Source: Bacteroidia bacterium (GTDB lineage: Bacteria > Bacteroidota > Bacteroidia > M30B66). From it: DNA of 64,000 nt. The translations under genes and the position numbers were made by a program. Below are positions 32,360-42,395 of this stretch, piece after piece. The number at the start of each line of letters is the position of its first letter. Positions within the stretch are counted from its first letter, which is position 1. The notes under the pieces are model-generated. The model was not told where the DNA came from. It did no database searches and saw only the letters and a list, made by a program, of their open reading frames with translations. Location: NCBI GenBank assembly GCA_965279035.1, contig OZ257142.1:1792001-1856000 (forward strand), written 5' to 3'.

Positions 32360-33478
32360 ATGGGACAAATAATAGATTTCTTCCTCAATTTATTTGGAGC
32401 TGAGAGTTGGCCAGCTCGATGGTCATGTGGTAATTGGACAGGTTTTCATGGATGGTTATATATCATTTCAAGTTTTTTAATTGCATCAGCCTATTTGCTT
32501 ATTCCGTTCATTTTATACAAATACATCAAACTGAAAGCAGGTATTCCATTTCTGCGAGTTATTTGGTTATTTATATTTTTTATTCTTTCATGCAGTGCTA
32601 CTCATCTGTTCGATGGAATTATTTTTTGGATTCCCGTCTATCGTATAAATGCTCTCATTCTTTTTATAACAGCACTTTTTTCTTGGGCAACTGTTTTTGC
32701 ACTAATAAGAGCTTTGCCTCAGGTTATTCTTCTAAAAACACCTAGACAATCGGAAGCGATTATTGAAGAGAGAACGTTTGAACTCAATAAATCAAATCAA
32801 TTGTTGCTCAAAAAAAACCAAGAATTGGATAATTATGTTTATGCAGCTTCGCACGATTTAAAATCACCTATAAATAATTTGGAAGGATTAGTTGGAATTT
32901 TATTGGATGATATTGAAGAAGGAAAAATACCTGACAAACGAATTGTTGAAAAAATACAACATTCCGTATTTCGTGTTCAGAATACAATTATGAATTTAAC
33001 AGAGGTAATACGCTTAGAAAAGAACCCATATGATGATTTGGTAGAAATTTCTTTTCAGGATATTCTCGATGAAATTCTTTTAGAAAACGAAGAACTTATT
33101 CAAAGATTCCAAACGATTATACATGTAAACTTTGAAGAAATTGAATTTGTTTATTCGAGAAATGGATTTAAAAGTATTTTGTATAATTTAATTTCAAACG
33201 CAATTAAATACTCATCACCTGAACGTCGCTCAGAAGTTTGGATACGAACATATAGCGAACAGTCAAAATTGGTGCTCGAGGTTGAAGATAATGGTCTTGG
33301 GATCGACTTGAATCGACATCAAAATAAACTATTCAAAATGTTTAAGCGTTTGCACGATCATATAGAAGGAACTGGTATTGGTTTATATAGTATAAAGCAA
33401 CTGGTTGAACGTAAAGGTGGTAGCATTGAAATAGAGAGCACCATAAACGTAGGTTCTACTTTTCGGGTTCGATATTAA
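32360..33478 (+). CDS. Sensor histidine kinase with an ETR1-like (ethylene-receptor) transmembrane domain
   Basis: N-terminal IASAYLLIP...FILSCSATHL; H-box ASHDLKSP; N-box NLISNAIKY; G-boxes DNGLG and GTGIGL. Confidence 0.9.
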   Translation: MGQIIDFFLNLFGAESWPARWSCGNWTGFHGWLYIISSFLIASAYLLIPFILYKYIKLKAGIPFLRVIWLFIFFILSCSATHLFDGIIFWIPVYRINALILFITALFSWATVFALIRALPQVILLKTPRQSEAIIEERTFELNKSNQLLLKKNQELDNYVYAASHDLKSPINNLEGLVGILLDDIEEGKIPDKRIVEKIQHSVFRVQNTIMNLTEVIRLEKNPYDDLVEISFQDILDEILLENEELIQRFQTIIHVNFEEIEFVYSRNGFKSILYNLISNAIKYSSPERRSEVWIRTYSEQSKLVLEVEDNGLGIDLNRHQNKLFKMFKRLHDHIEGTGIGLYSIKQLVERKGGSIEIESTINVGSTFRVRY

Positions 33479-33542
33479 AATTGATTATTCCAATTTTTTC
33501 AGAGGTTTTTTTGATTTACTTGCATACACCCAATCCTAAATC

Positions 33543-33956
33543 ATGAACTCACCTTATTCTTGTGTTCTCATTGTTGATGACGATGAAACCAGTATTTTCC
33601 TAAGCGAAATCATTCTTGAACGAAATCGATTTGCAAGTGAAATCCATTCTTCAGCTAATGGTGAACAAGCTATTCAATTTCTATTGGATCATTGCTCAGA
33701 GATCGCTTCAAGTATCACAGGTTGCCCTGAAGTTATTTTGCTCGATATTAATATGCCAGTAATGGATGGCTTCGAATTCCTTGAAGTATTTACTACGAAT
33801 GCAGCTATTTCAAATTCATCGAAAGTTGTTATTTTGACCTCATCTAATAATCCTCGGGATATTGAAATGGCTCACAAATTTGGAATTAATACATTTATAA
33901 ATAAGCCTCTAACTGATGATAAAATCCTTCAAATACGCGATATGCTTCAAAATTAA
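33543..33956 (+). CDS. Single-domain response regulator
   Basis: LIVDDD, LLDINMPVMDG, ILTSS and NKPL. Confidence 0.95.
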   Translation: MNSPYSCVLIVDDDETSIFLSEIILERNRFASEIHSSANGEQAIQFLLDHCSEIASSITGCPEVILLDINMPVMDGFEFLEVFTTNAAISNSSKVVILTSSNNPRDIEMAHKFGINTFINKPLTDDKILQIRDMLQN

Positions 33957-33999
33957 AATTTGATTATTTAGAATAAATCATTTTACTACCTTCACCAAC

Positions 34000-34281
34000 A
34001 TGAAAAGAATTCTGCCACTTATTATTCTCATTGCAGGTTTTAGTTCTTGCAAGAAATGCTACGATTGTACTAAAAAATGTGGGTCTTGCCACAATGGAGC
34101 TATTACAGTTGCCGGTTGTACTGGTGATGATAACTTGAATGGAGCTTCAGTAGATTCTTGGAAAATTTACCTTGAAACTCAAGGATACACTTGTGCCTAT
34201 GACAATGTTACTGAAGAAGCATGTGGCAAGGATGACAAAACAAATAAAGAAAAGTCCTATTACGAATGCGTTGCTCAATAA
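34000..34281 (+). CDS. Small Cys-rich lipoprotein
   Basis: FSSCKKCYDCTKKCGSCH; lipobox. Confidence 0.75.
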   Translation: MKRILPLIILIAGFSSCKKCYDCTKKCGSCHNGAITVAGCTGDDNLNGASVDSWKIYLETQGYTCAYDNVTEEACGKDDKTNKEKSYYECVAQ

Positions 34282-34317
34282 TGAAACCGAGCATCGTTAA
34301 CGAAAAAATTAACTAGT

Positions 34318-34608
34318 TTGATTTACTTCAGAAGCCTCATAGGAATTCTCCTTTTGTTATGTTCAATAAGTTCATGCAAGAAGTGTTTTAATTGCTCAGA
34401 TCATTGCGTTCGATGTTTAAAAACGCCCTATAAATACGAAGCCTGTGGCGGAGAAGATTTTTTAAATAAAATGTCTGTTTCCGAATGGAAGGAGTATAAA
34501 ATGAGCATAGGATATACCTGCATTGATATATATAAGAATGATGAAGTGTGTGGTGTAGATGCGAAAAATGAGAAGGAAACACAGTATTATCTCTGTGAAC
34601 CGAAATAA
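34318..34608 (+). CDS. Small Cys-rich lipoprotein, paralog of the upstream gene
   Basis: ISSCKKCFNCSDHCVRC; shares SVxxWKxY, GYTC, CG and EKxxYYxC-like motifs; TTG start. Confidence 0.7.
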   Translation: MIYFRSLIGILLLLCSISSCKKCFNCSDHCVRCLKTPYKYEACGGEDFLNKMSVSEWKEYKMSIGYTCIDIYKNDEVCGVDAKNEKETQYYLCEPK

Positions 34609-34883
34609 AATTTTCTTTTGATGTAATACTTTTCAGGAGCTGAATACTAATAAATAAAGTAAGCGATGAAAAGGCATAAAATCCTAAGTGGGGTTCTTGC
34701 ATTTAGTTTTCCATGTTTATTAAATGCAACAGTTGTATTGCCATTAAATAAAGGCATGGATTCTCATCCCCTGAAAAAGTGTTCGACTAAATCATTATAC
34801 GTTAAACAACAGGACTCTCCTATTGGAGTTGATAGTTTAAAGAAATATGAGATAATTGTGAATCACAAATAAAGAGCAGTAGT

Positions 34884-35369
34884 TTGGATTCTAAGCTTCA
34901 GGAAGAATTTTTAAACCTCATTAATCAACATCGAGGAATACTACATAAAGTGGTAAATCTCTATATTGATGATAGTATTGAAAGAGAAGATTTAATTCAA
35001 GAAATTCTTTTTCAAGCATATCGAGGATTTGATCGATTTCGTGGAGAGTCTTTATTTTCAACCTGGCTTTATCGCGTTAGTCTCAATACTGTATTTTCAT
35101 ATCGCAAGAAAAATCAACGAAGAATGGAAGCGGAATCGAATGCAATCCCAGAAGTCGTAGTTGATTTACCTTCGGATGCTTCGGAAGAACTTTATTATCA
35201 TATTCGTCAACTCGACCCAATAAAACGAATGATCATTTCTTTGCATCTCGATGGATTTGGAAACAATGATATTGCTTCAATTACTGGTATGAATGCAAAT
35301 GCCATCGGGGTGAAATTATTTCGTATTCGTGAGGAATTAACACAAAAATTAAATGCCCGTCATGACTGA
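34884..35369 (+). CDS. ECF RNA polymerase sigma factor
   Basis: EDLIQEI, FRGESLFSTWLYRVSLNT and region 4 DIASITGM..AIGVKLFRIR; TTG start. Confidence 0.9.
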   Translation: MDSKLQEEFLNLINQHRGILHKVVNLYIDDSIEREDLIQEILFQAYRGFDRFRGESLFSTWLYRVSLNTVFSYRKKNQRRMEAESNAIPEVVVDLPSDASEELYYHIRQLDPIKRMIISLHLDGFGNNDIASITGMNANAIGVKLFRIREELTQKLNARHD

Positions 35370-35973
35370 TCTTCAAGAACTTTGGGATAAGAGAAATAAT
35401 AAAGAAATCAGCTCGCCCGTTTTGGAAGAGAAAGATATTGCTCAACTAAAAGAAAGCATTAAATCTCCTATTCAAATCTTAAAAAGAAATTTCATCATTA
35501 ATACAGCCTTTGCTCTTTTAATTCTCCTGGGATTTATTTATTTATTCTTTACTGTTGATTGGTTCTTGTTTCGACTATTTACTGCAATCCTTTGTATTTC
35601 TTATGTAGCTGCGATTGTTTTTAATGTGATTATCTATAAACGGTATCTTCAGGTACAATCTCCTGATCAACCAATAATTACTTATTTAACATTCCTTGTT
35701 GAAGGAATGAGAAAATCGTTTAAAGCAGCCGAAATAATTGCTTTAGCTATTTATCCAATTGCTATGACCGCTGGTTTTTTATTACCATTAAGTTTAGAAA
35801 ACAAATTATCACTTCTATACAACGAACCAATTGTCCAGGGAATTTTAATAGCTTGTTATGTACTATTAACTCCACTATGCTGGTATTTAGCTAGATGGAT
35901 GAATAAAGTTGCTTTCGGAAATTATGTTGATCAATTGGATGAATTGCTATTCGATTTAAAGAAAATTGATTGA
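35362..35973 (+). CDS. Membrane protein, probable anti-sigma factor
   Basis: Overlaps the sigma stop; DLQELW N-terminus and 4 TM helices. Alternative start 35353. Confidence 0.65.
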   Translation: MTDLQELWDKRNNKEISSPVLEEKDIAQLKESIKSPIQILKRNFIINTAFALLILLGFIYLFFTVDWFLFRLFTAILCISYVAAIVFNVIIYKRYLQVQSPDQPIITYLTFLVEGMRKSFKAAEIIALAIYPIAMTAGFLLPLSLENKLSLLYNEPIVQGILIACYVLLTPLCWYLARWMNKVAFGNYVDQLDELLFDLKKID

Positions 35974-35975
35974 AC

Positions 35976-36449
35976 TCAGTTGAATTTTCTAATTGGACGT
36001 TTTTGTTCTACATTAAAAAGTCCTACAAATACCGAATAACCCATTAAAGCACCAAACCCAATTTGCTTCATTACTCCAAGCAAATCCGTTGTTTGCCATT
36101 CTTGTAGCACTTTACCATCCTTCACTTTGCGCATAAAAATTCCATGAATTTCGAGCTTCTTTTTATTTGCTGGAGCGCCCATAAATTTACCAGTATTTAT
36201 TGCTGTCGAAATAAATCGTATCGAAGCCATATCACCATCCACAACAATGGATGGAAAGACCATTTTTAAATCCGAAAATGCCGCTTTCATATCTTGCATA
36301 AATCCAATATACTCATCTTTGGTAAATACAAAACCATCGCCTGTATAAGTGAATTTATCATCTAACAAAGCATCTAAATCATTCCAGCGTGCTTCTAAAA
36401 TTGCTAGCGACACAGCTAATGCTGTTTTTTTAACTTCTTCCTTTTCCAT
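35976..36449 (-). CDS. SnoaL-like ester cyclase
   Basis: MKAAFSDL, TGKFMGAPANKK and KDGKVLQEWQTTDLLGVMKQIG. ATG 36449 preferred as start. Confidence 0.85.
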   Translation of the reverse strand: MEKEEVKKTALAVSLAILEARWNDLDALLDDKFTYTGDGFVFTKDEYIGFMQDMKAAFSDLKMVFPSIVVDGDMASIRFISTAINTGKFMGAPANKKKLEIHGIFMRKVKDGKVLQEWQTTDLLGVMKQIGFGALMGYSVFVGLFNVEQKRPIRKFN

Positions 36450-36493
36450 GATTTTTTTTCTGTAAAGCAACACCGCTTCTTTGCACAGCACAA

Positions 36494-36553
36494 TACACTA
36501 CCCAAAAAGAAAGTACTATCTGTTGGGGTAGTATAAGCGATAAAGTACATTTG
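36494..36553. promoter_or_regulatory. Divergent control region: putative HxlR operator and -7 element
   Basis: Imperfect inverted repeat ACTACCCAA (36497) / TGGGGTAGT (36524); TACATTTG at 36546-36553 just before the regulator ATG. Confidence 0.5.
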
Positions 36554-36557
36554 ATCC

Positions 36558-36896
36558 ATGGAATCAAAAATTAAACGCTACAATCTCGACGGGACCTTCT
36601 TTTATTGTCCAGTTGATCTCACTTTATCTGTCATTGGCGGTCGTTGGAAAGGACTCGTTTTCTGGAACCTACGTGATGGTACTCGACGATATGGAGAATT
36701 GAAAAAAATACTAGTCGGTATCAATGATAAGATGCTCTCACAAGTACTTAAAGAATTGGAAAAATCAGGAGTTGTAAACCGCAAAGTATTTGACGTAATG
36801 CCACCAAAAGTCGAATATTCCCTATCAGAAGAAGGAAAGAAATTGCTCCCCGTTATGAAATTAATGTCAGAATGGGGAGGGAAATTCGAGATTTAA
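36558..36896 (+). CDS. HxlR-family winged-helix regulator
   Basis: CPVDLTLSVIGGRWK...RYGELKK...KMLSQVLKELE...PPKVEYSLS. Confidence 0.95.
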   Translation: MESKIKRYNLDGTFFYCPVDLTLSVIGGRWKGLVFWNLRDGTRRYGELKKILVGINDKMLSQVLKELEKSGVVNRKVFDVMPPKVEYSLSEEGKKLLPVMKLMSEWGGKFEI

Positions 36897-36928
36897 TTCG
36901 AATGCTGATTCAATTACTCAATCCAAAT

Positions 36929-38224
36929 TTAAGCCTTATAAAGACCCAGTCGCATCTTCACTTTTCGAATAGCAGCTCCTGCTAAATACGTCATGGTCAT
37001 TTCTTGTCCGCGACTCTTTTGCTGATCAATTCGAAAAATATTATAGAAGTTGGTGTAGTTTCCTCCTCTTGGTTTTTGAATACGACCATTGATTTGAGTT
37101 GTATCTAATCCATAAGGAAATTTCATACAAAATAAAAGCGATTCGGAAGATAGTGAAACATCGCATTTATCATAAGGAATAGGCGTTTCCTTTAATTTGT
37201 CATTTAAAGAAAGTAGATAGGTTTTATTGTAGTCGTGCAGGTGTATATGTGCAGGTTTAAGCAAACTTTTTACAATGAAGTTATTGGTCTTATTTAAATT
37301 GTTGATGAAGACATCTGCTTGCTTTTGTAGTTCAACTAAATCAACGGGTACGTTTTTAATTAATTTATCCTGATTTAAATCGATGTTTTTTAAATCGTTC
37401 ATATATTTTTGAATAGAATCGGTCGAATCCCATTTCTCAGGATACGTATATTCTTCACCATTATACAATACAACTGCTTGAGCTTTTGTATTATTTTTTA
37501 TGTATTGATATGTTTTCTCTGCCGTATTGATGCTGTCGTTTAAATAATAATTTTCTTCGTGGCAGAAGTAAACATAACTAGCAATTGGTATGATAGCTTT
37601 GGGTTCGAAAACGTCACATTGAAACTTGAGTGCTTCTAATTTATCATCAGCAATTTTCTGTCTAACTTCTTTTTCATCTTTGTTACCGGCCCAATAGGCA
37701 TAAGAAAACTGAGTTAATAGTACATCTACTTTTCCAACTATATTCTTAATGTAATTGGCTGGACCAATATTTCGAACTCCACAATCATTCGTATTTAAAA
37801 ATGTGTATCCACCACCTTTATATACTATCCATGAATCACCTTCTCCATAATATTCGCACAGTACTTTAAAGTCTTTACCTAAGTCGTAGTATGTGCCTTT
37901 TTGCATTTCAATTACTTCCTTAAACCCAGCTTTCCTACAATAATTAGCCACTCGTCCATCAATTGTATGTTGGAATAATACAGTAATATTCTTCTTGTAT
38001 TCAGCAGGAATCAACTTTAAATTGGGAGGATAAAAATGATCTGGATGTTCATGTGAAAACCAGATATAATTTATTTTTTTAAAATCTTCATAACTGAAAC
38101 GGGATTTGCTAATTAAATCCCATCCATTATTAAAAACACGTCCTTCAAGCCAAGGATCTGCAATAATTTTCACTCCTTCATGTTCAACAATAAACGAGGA
38201 ATGATTTACGAATTGGATTTTCAT
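36929..38224 (-). CDS. Metallo-beta-lactamase-fold protein, UlaG/CMAH-like
   Basis: NHSS, DPWLEG..FNNGW, SHEHPDH and LNTNDC. Confidence 0.8.
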   Translation of the reverse strand: MKIQFVNHSSFIVEHEGVKIIADPWLEGRVFNNGWDLISKSRFSYEDFKKINYIWFSHEHPDHFYPPNLKLIPAEYKKNITVLFQHTIDGRVANYCRKAGFKEVIEMQKGTYYDLGKDFKVLCEYYGEGDSWIVYKGGGYTFLNTNDCGVRNIGPANYIKNIVGKVDVLLTQFSYAYWAGNKDEKEVRQKIADDKLEALKFQCDVFEPKAIIPIASYVYFCHEENYYLNDSINTAEKTYQYIKNNTKAQAVVLYNGEEYTYPEKWDSTDSIQKYMNDLKNIDLNQDKLIKNVPVDLVELQKQADVFINNLNKTNNFIVKSLLKPAHIHLHDYNKTYLLSLNDKLKETPIPYDKCDVSLSSESLLFCMKFPYGLDTTQINGRIQKPRGGNYTNFYNIFRIDQQKSRGQEMTMTYLAGAAIRKVKMRLGLYKA

Positions 38225-38912
38225 TTGAATTATATTTTTAGAGTTGAATCCTGAAACTTCTTAACTGATATTTTAATAGATACCAAAAAGTCATTCACCT
38301 GCAAAATATAACTCAAAAAGTAATTTGTCAATAGTTAAACTCAGATTAATATTTATTTTATATATTATTGTATATGTAACATAGTGAGGAAGATACAAAG
38401 ATATTAATTACATTAGTAAGTTTTATATACATATAAAAGACAATAAATGCATCTATGATATGTGTGAGTGGTGGTTGTGTATAGCATGTTCAATTGTGAA
38501 TTTTAAAACAATCTATTAAGTGACATCATGTTCGGCAAAGTGCATGTCAAAGAGATAATATAGCTTGTTAAATGGATTAATACTACCACAACATTGGGTT
38601 TTGGCGATCCATTTACCTTTGAAATTAATAATGAAATGAAGTTTAGCGTTGGTTTATTTCGAGATTATTTGAATAAACTGAATCTATTCCTATCTATTAA
38701 AAATCTAGGTTTTGAGCTGTTGTTTCAACTAAATTGAAATCCAATAATCCATCAATTTTAAATTCTTTTAAATTAGTTTAGATGAATTAAATTCATTTTA
38801 AAATTAGTATTGAATTAACAAAACTACTATTAAATTTATTTAAACAAATTTAACCATAATCTCAAGAGTACCTTATTAACAAAAATTATCCAATTAAAAT
38901 GTTTTCTATTTA

Positions 38913-39401
38913 TTAAATACTCGACAATTTATTCAGTTCTGTTATAAAATCTGTTTTTATATTCTTCTCGTTTAAATCTTCATAAATCTGAGAATATACT
39001 TCATAATTCACCTTATTTGAATCCATTTTAATTAGAAAAGAAATAAAGTGAACACGCTTCACATCTTTCTGAGTTCCATTTAATGATACTAAGAAATCGG
39101 CTTCATTGCATTGCGTTAATATTAATACTTCATTCGGATTTAGTTGAATTATATGTAAAAACAAAAATTTATCAATTCGCGTATTTTCTTGAATAGATAA
39201 AAGTTTCTTAAATAAATCTGGAAAAGAGGTTATATCTATTTTGCCGTAAATAGCTGTTAAATTGGCAGCAATTTTACTTGCATGTGCAGGATTTTTTCTG
39301 ACTTTACGAACGTGATTATCTGCATTGGCTTTTTGAATTAAATTCTTAATTCCAATAGCAATTAATGAGATGATTAATATTAAAAGAACGACTACTTTCA
39401 T
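38913..39401 (-). CDS. Hypothetical protein with N-terminal membrane anchor
   Basis: 162-aa ORF, last gene of a co-oriented cluster. Confidence 0.6.
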   Translation of the reverse strand: MKVVVLLILIISLIAIGIKNLIQKANADNHVRKVRKNPAHASKIAANLTAIYGKIDITSFPDLFKKLLSIQENTRIDKFLFLHIIQLNPNEVLILTQCNEADFLVSLNGTQKDVKRVHFISFLIKMDSNKVNYEVYSQIYEDLNEKNIKTDFITELNKLSSI

Positions 39402-39407
39402 AACTAT

Positions 39408-39815
39408 TTATTTAGCTCTCATTTTATTATTCTTCGCTTCATGAGTTAATTCTATTAAACCCAATGCTTCCATTAATGGTGGAACATATACACCAAATCT
39501 TCCACGCAATCCTTTCTTCAATCCATACCATCCTCCAATCGGATTTTGTTCAGATCTTCCCCAGGCTTCAACAGTTCCTGCTTTAGCTTCTTTTTGTTCA
39601 TCCGCACCTCCTAAATCCATCCAATCGCCATGTTGTTTGAGCATTGCATGTAAATTGTTTAAGCAGCGAGCATCGTATAATAATGTTGTTTTTCCTACAA
39701 CACATACAATGACTTCCATACCATCTTTTTCATCGCGATACATTTGATATTCCGATGTATTGGGTGGAGTTTTTAATTGAAATTGATTTGATTTATTGCT
39801 TTCTTGAAAATTCAT
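39408..39815 (-). CDS. Conserved hypothetical protein (DUF6855-like)
   Basis: LKTPP.TSEYQMYRD...GTVEAWGRS..NPIGGWYGLKKGLRGRFG.Y.PPL, recognised from memory. Confidence 0.75.
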   Translation of the reverse strand: MNFQESNKSNQFQLKTPPNTSEYQMYRDEKDGMEVIVCVVGKTTLLYDARCLNNLHAMLKQHGDWMDLGGADEQKEAKAGTVEAWGRSEQNPIGGWYGLKKGLRGRFGVYVPPLMEALGLIELTHEAKNNKMRAK

Positions 39816-39836
39816 TTTTCTTCGTTTGAGAATGGA

Positions 39837-40295
39837 TTAAAATTCGGGGTCAATTAAAAAAACTATGGCAAATATTATGGCAATATTAATTAGCAAACCA
39901 ATCAAAGTAATTCCGAAAACACGCCATCCAGAATAAAATTCTCCATTGGAGGAACTGTGTTTTTCAATATAATCTTCTTGATATCGTTTCGCTAAATAAC
40001 CTGCAAGTTGTGATATTAATAATGGGATTAGTATGCTTGGGAAATGTTTTATTTCACTTACTAAAAAACCAATACTAATTGTCAGCAATAAAACTCCTAT
40101 TCCAATGAACCAGGTTAAACTTGTTTTCCTTTCATCTCCCATTTCTTTGAAGTTCGCAGCTATCAAGTATGTTCCAACGATTGGTCCACCAAAAAATGTA
40201 GCATTCCGAATATGCATTATTCTGTAAATTGGAGATTCCGAATTCTTGAAATTATCTAAAATTAAATCAGATGAATTATTCTTTTGATTTTCCAT
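39837..40295 (-). CDS. Hypothetical membrane protein
   Basis: ATFFGGPIVGTYLIAANFK plus several TM helices; overlaps the SPFH gene end. Confidence 0.7.
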   Translation of the reverse strand: MENQKNNSSDLILDNFKNSESPIYRIMHIRNATFFGGPIVGTYLIAANFKEMGDERKTSLTWFIGIGVLLLTISIGFLVSEIKHFPSILIPLLISQLAGYLAKRYQEDYIEKHSSSNGEFYSGWRVFGITLIGLLINIAIIFAIVFLIDPEF

Positions 40296-42201
40296 CAGTA
40301 TTTATTTCGTTCTTTTTGTTTGGATCCATCATTTCCATCAACTTCAACCCTAATAAGCCATCCATCGCGTTGCCACCTCCATTTTGACCACCAATTAAAA
40401 TATCAGGAATTAATTTTACATTTCCTTTAGATAATTCTTCGGTGATTTTATATCGCGTGAAATTTTCGCCTCCTAATGCACTTACGGCTAATTCATAGGC
40501 TTCGGCAGTTGATTTACCGATGGCTAATATTTTTCCAGCCTCTGCTGCACCTGTTAATGTTATTTGTTCTGCTTGTGCCGAAGCTTTCAATTTAATAGCC
40601 TCAGATTCTGCTTGAGCTCTTGCTTTGGTAGCTTCTGCTTCGGCAAATGCTCTCAACTTGGTCGCTTCCGATTCGGCACTTACTGCCAACTTCACACTCG
40701 CCGCATCTCCTTCTGATTTTTTTACTGTTGCACTTGCAGTTCTTTCCGCAATTTCAACACTCTGTTGAGCAGATACAATTTCCTTTTGCATATCTGCAAT
40801 GGCTGTTTCTTTCTCCATGCCCTGACGTGTTTCTTGGGCTTTTTTCTGCGTATCGTAGGTAACTTTTTGTTCTTCTGCAATCTTCCGATCCGTTAAAGTT
40901 TTCATTAACGATTCTGGAGGAACAATATCTCCAATCAAAGTATCTACAGCATTTACATTGTATTCATCCAACACTTTTTTTATGTGTGCTTTAGCAGATT
41001 CTTGACGTTCTTTTCGCGTACTTAAAAATGCTATTACATCACTATCCTGCGCTGAATTTCTAAAATAATTTCCAATGGTTGGTTCCAATACTTGTGAAAC
41101 CAAATTAACCATATTTCCAAATCGGGCAATTACTTTAGGAGCTTCCGTTGTAGGCACATGGATGATTTGTGCAACATCTAAATTAAAAGGAAATCCATCT
41201 TTCGAACGAACCGTTATAGTTGATAAATTTTTATCTAGATTATGTGCTTCACTTCGTGCGGATGCCCAATTCAAGACCAAATTCGTAGTAGGAACTTGCT
41301 CTACTTTCATTATGTATTTGTTGATTGGATATTTCCCAGGACCAAGAGGTTCTAACCACACGCCTTTATATCCTTTCTCAACAATATTTCCATGTTTAAA
41401 TTCTGATCCAGTTAAATCACTTCCCTCTTGTCCTATATAGGAAATCACCACACCAACATATCCTATGGGAATTTCCATCATCGGAATTTCTTCAATCTGA
41501 ACTGCCCAAGGATTTAAATTATAAGAACCTGCTAATATCACTTGAGGTTGTAAACCCCGATTTCCATTGTTCTTTAAAAAGGTATCGAAATCCTGAAAAT
41601 TATTATGTCCTTCAATCAATTTTCCAGCAATTTGATCAGCTTGAATCGGTTGTCCATCCAATGTAGTGACGATTCCTACCATGCTTTCTTGTATTCGCAC
41701 CATATCCGTTATCGACACTTGAAAGAGCATCGTGTTAATACGGTATGATCCTGCCGTGATGTATACGGTTTGTCGACCACGTTGGCCGCCATTGTTTAGA
41801 AATTTCTCAGCATCTTGAAAATTATCACACTCTGCTCTTCCTGCAAGGATGTTTCCAGTTGGAATTTCAGCTCCATCTTTCGCCATGACCAATCCAATTT
41901 TTCCTTCCGGAATCACCATGAAGCGTTCCATGGTAACATCGTATTGCCAAAACCACATCCCAAAATATAAACCCGGAGCTAAAGTTTTTGCTTGAAAACC
42001 GGCTTCTCCTTTTGTGGCGATTATTCTTCCGTCAGGAAGCTCTTTATTCTCACCAAAGAGTACAAATTTCTTAGTCACTAAGCCGATTTTATCTTCAGGA
42101 ACGATCACCATTCCAAATAAAAATCGCAGGATGTATTTATAGAGAAGTATGCAAATGATGAGTAAAATTACCCACCAATAATTTGAAAGAAATGTACCCA
42201 T
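40276..42201 (-). CDS. SPFH/flotillin-family membrane protein
   Basis: N-terminal TM; VRSKDGF, VLEPTIGNYFRNSAQ; AEA-rich coiled coil. Confidence 0.9.
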   Translation of the reverse strand: MGTFLSNYWWVILLIICILLYKYILRFLFGMVIVPEDKIGLVTKKFVLFGENKELPDGRIIATKGEAGFQAKTLAPGLYFGMWFWQYDVTMERFMVIPEGKIGLVMAKDGAEIPTGNILAGRAECDNFQDAEKFLNNGGQRGRQTVYITAGSYRINTMLFQVSITDMVRIQESMVGIVTTLDGQPIQADQIAGKLIEGHNNFQDFDTFLKNNGNRGLQPQVILAGSYNLNPWAVQIEEIPMMEIPIGYVGVVISYIGQEGSDLTGSEFKHGNIVEKGYKGVWLEPLGPGKYPINKYIMKVEQVPTTNLVLNWASARSEAHNLDKNLSTITVRSKDGFPFNLDVAQIIHVPTTEAPKVIARFGNMVNLVSQVLEPTIGNYFRNSAQDSDVIAFLSTRKERQESAKAHIKKVLDEYNVNAVDTLIGDIVPPESLMKTLTDRKIAEEQKVTYDTQKKAQETRQGMEKETAIADMQKEIVSAQQSVEIAERTASATVKKSEGDAASVKLAVSAESEATKLRAFAEAEATKARAQAESEAIKLKASAQAEQITLTGAAEAGKILAIGKSTAEAYELAVSALGGENFTRYKITEELSKGNVKLIPDILIGGQNGGGNAMDGLLGLKLMEMMDPNKKNEINTDGKSKE

Positions 42202-42395
42202 TGGGAAGTAGAATAATAGAATGAAATCGCCTTTAAGCGAAATTCAAACATACCAAGTTCTTTATCGATAATCAAATACTTGTTGAAAAATTAGAATAAA
42301 AAATATGCTCCAGTTAAACATACCCACATGATCGGATTTATTTTTCCAATGGTAAACGCAATACAATAGCCGATGAAAAGGATCGTTAGTGCAAA

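Noticed and set aside
34666-34872. 68-aa ORF upstream of the ECF sigma gene
   Set aside because: Weak signal-like N-terminus but no recognisable motif; cannot be supported.
38225-38912. AT-rich gap with a broken frame containing TTLGFGD (K+ channel filter-like, ~38588-38608)
   Set aside because: An in-frame stop lies just upstream and no flanking TM helices are present; chance match or unrecognisable remnant.
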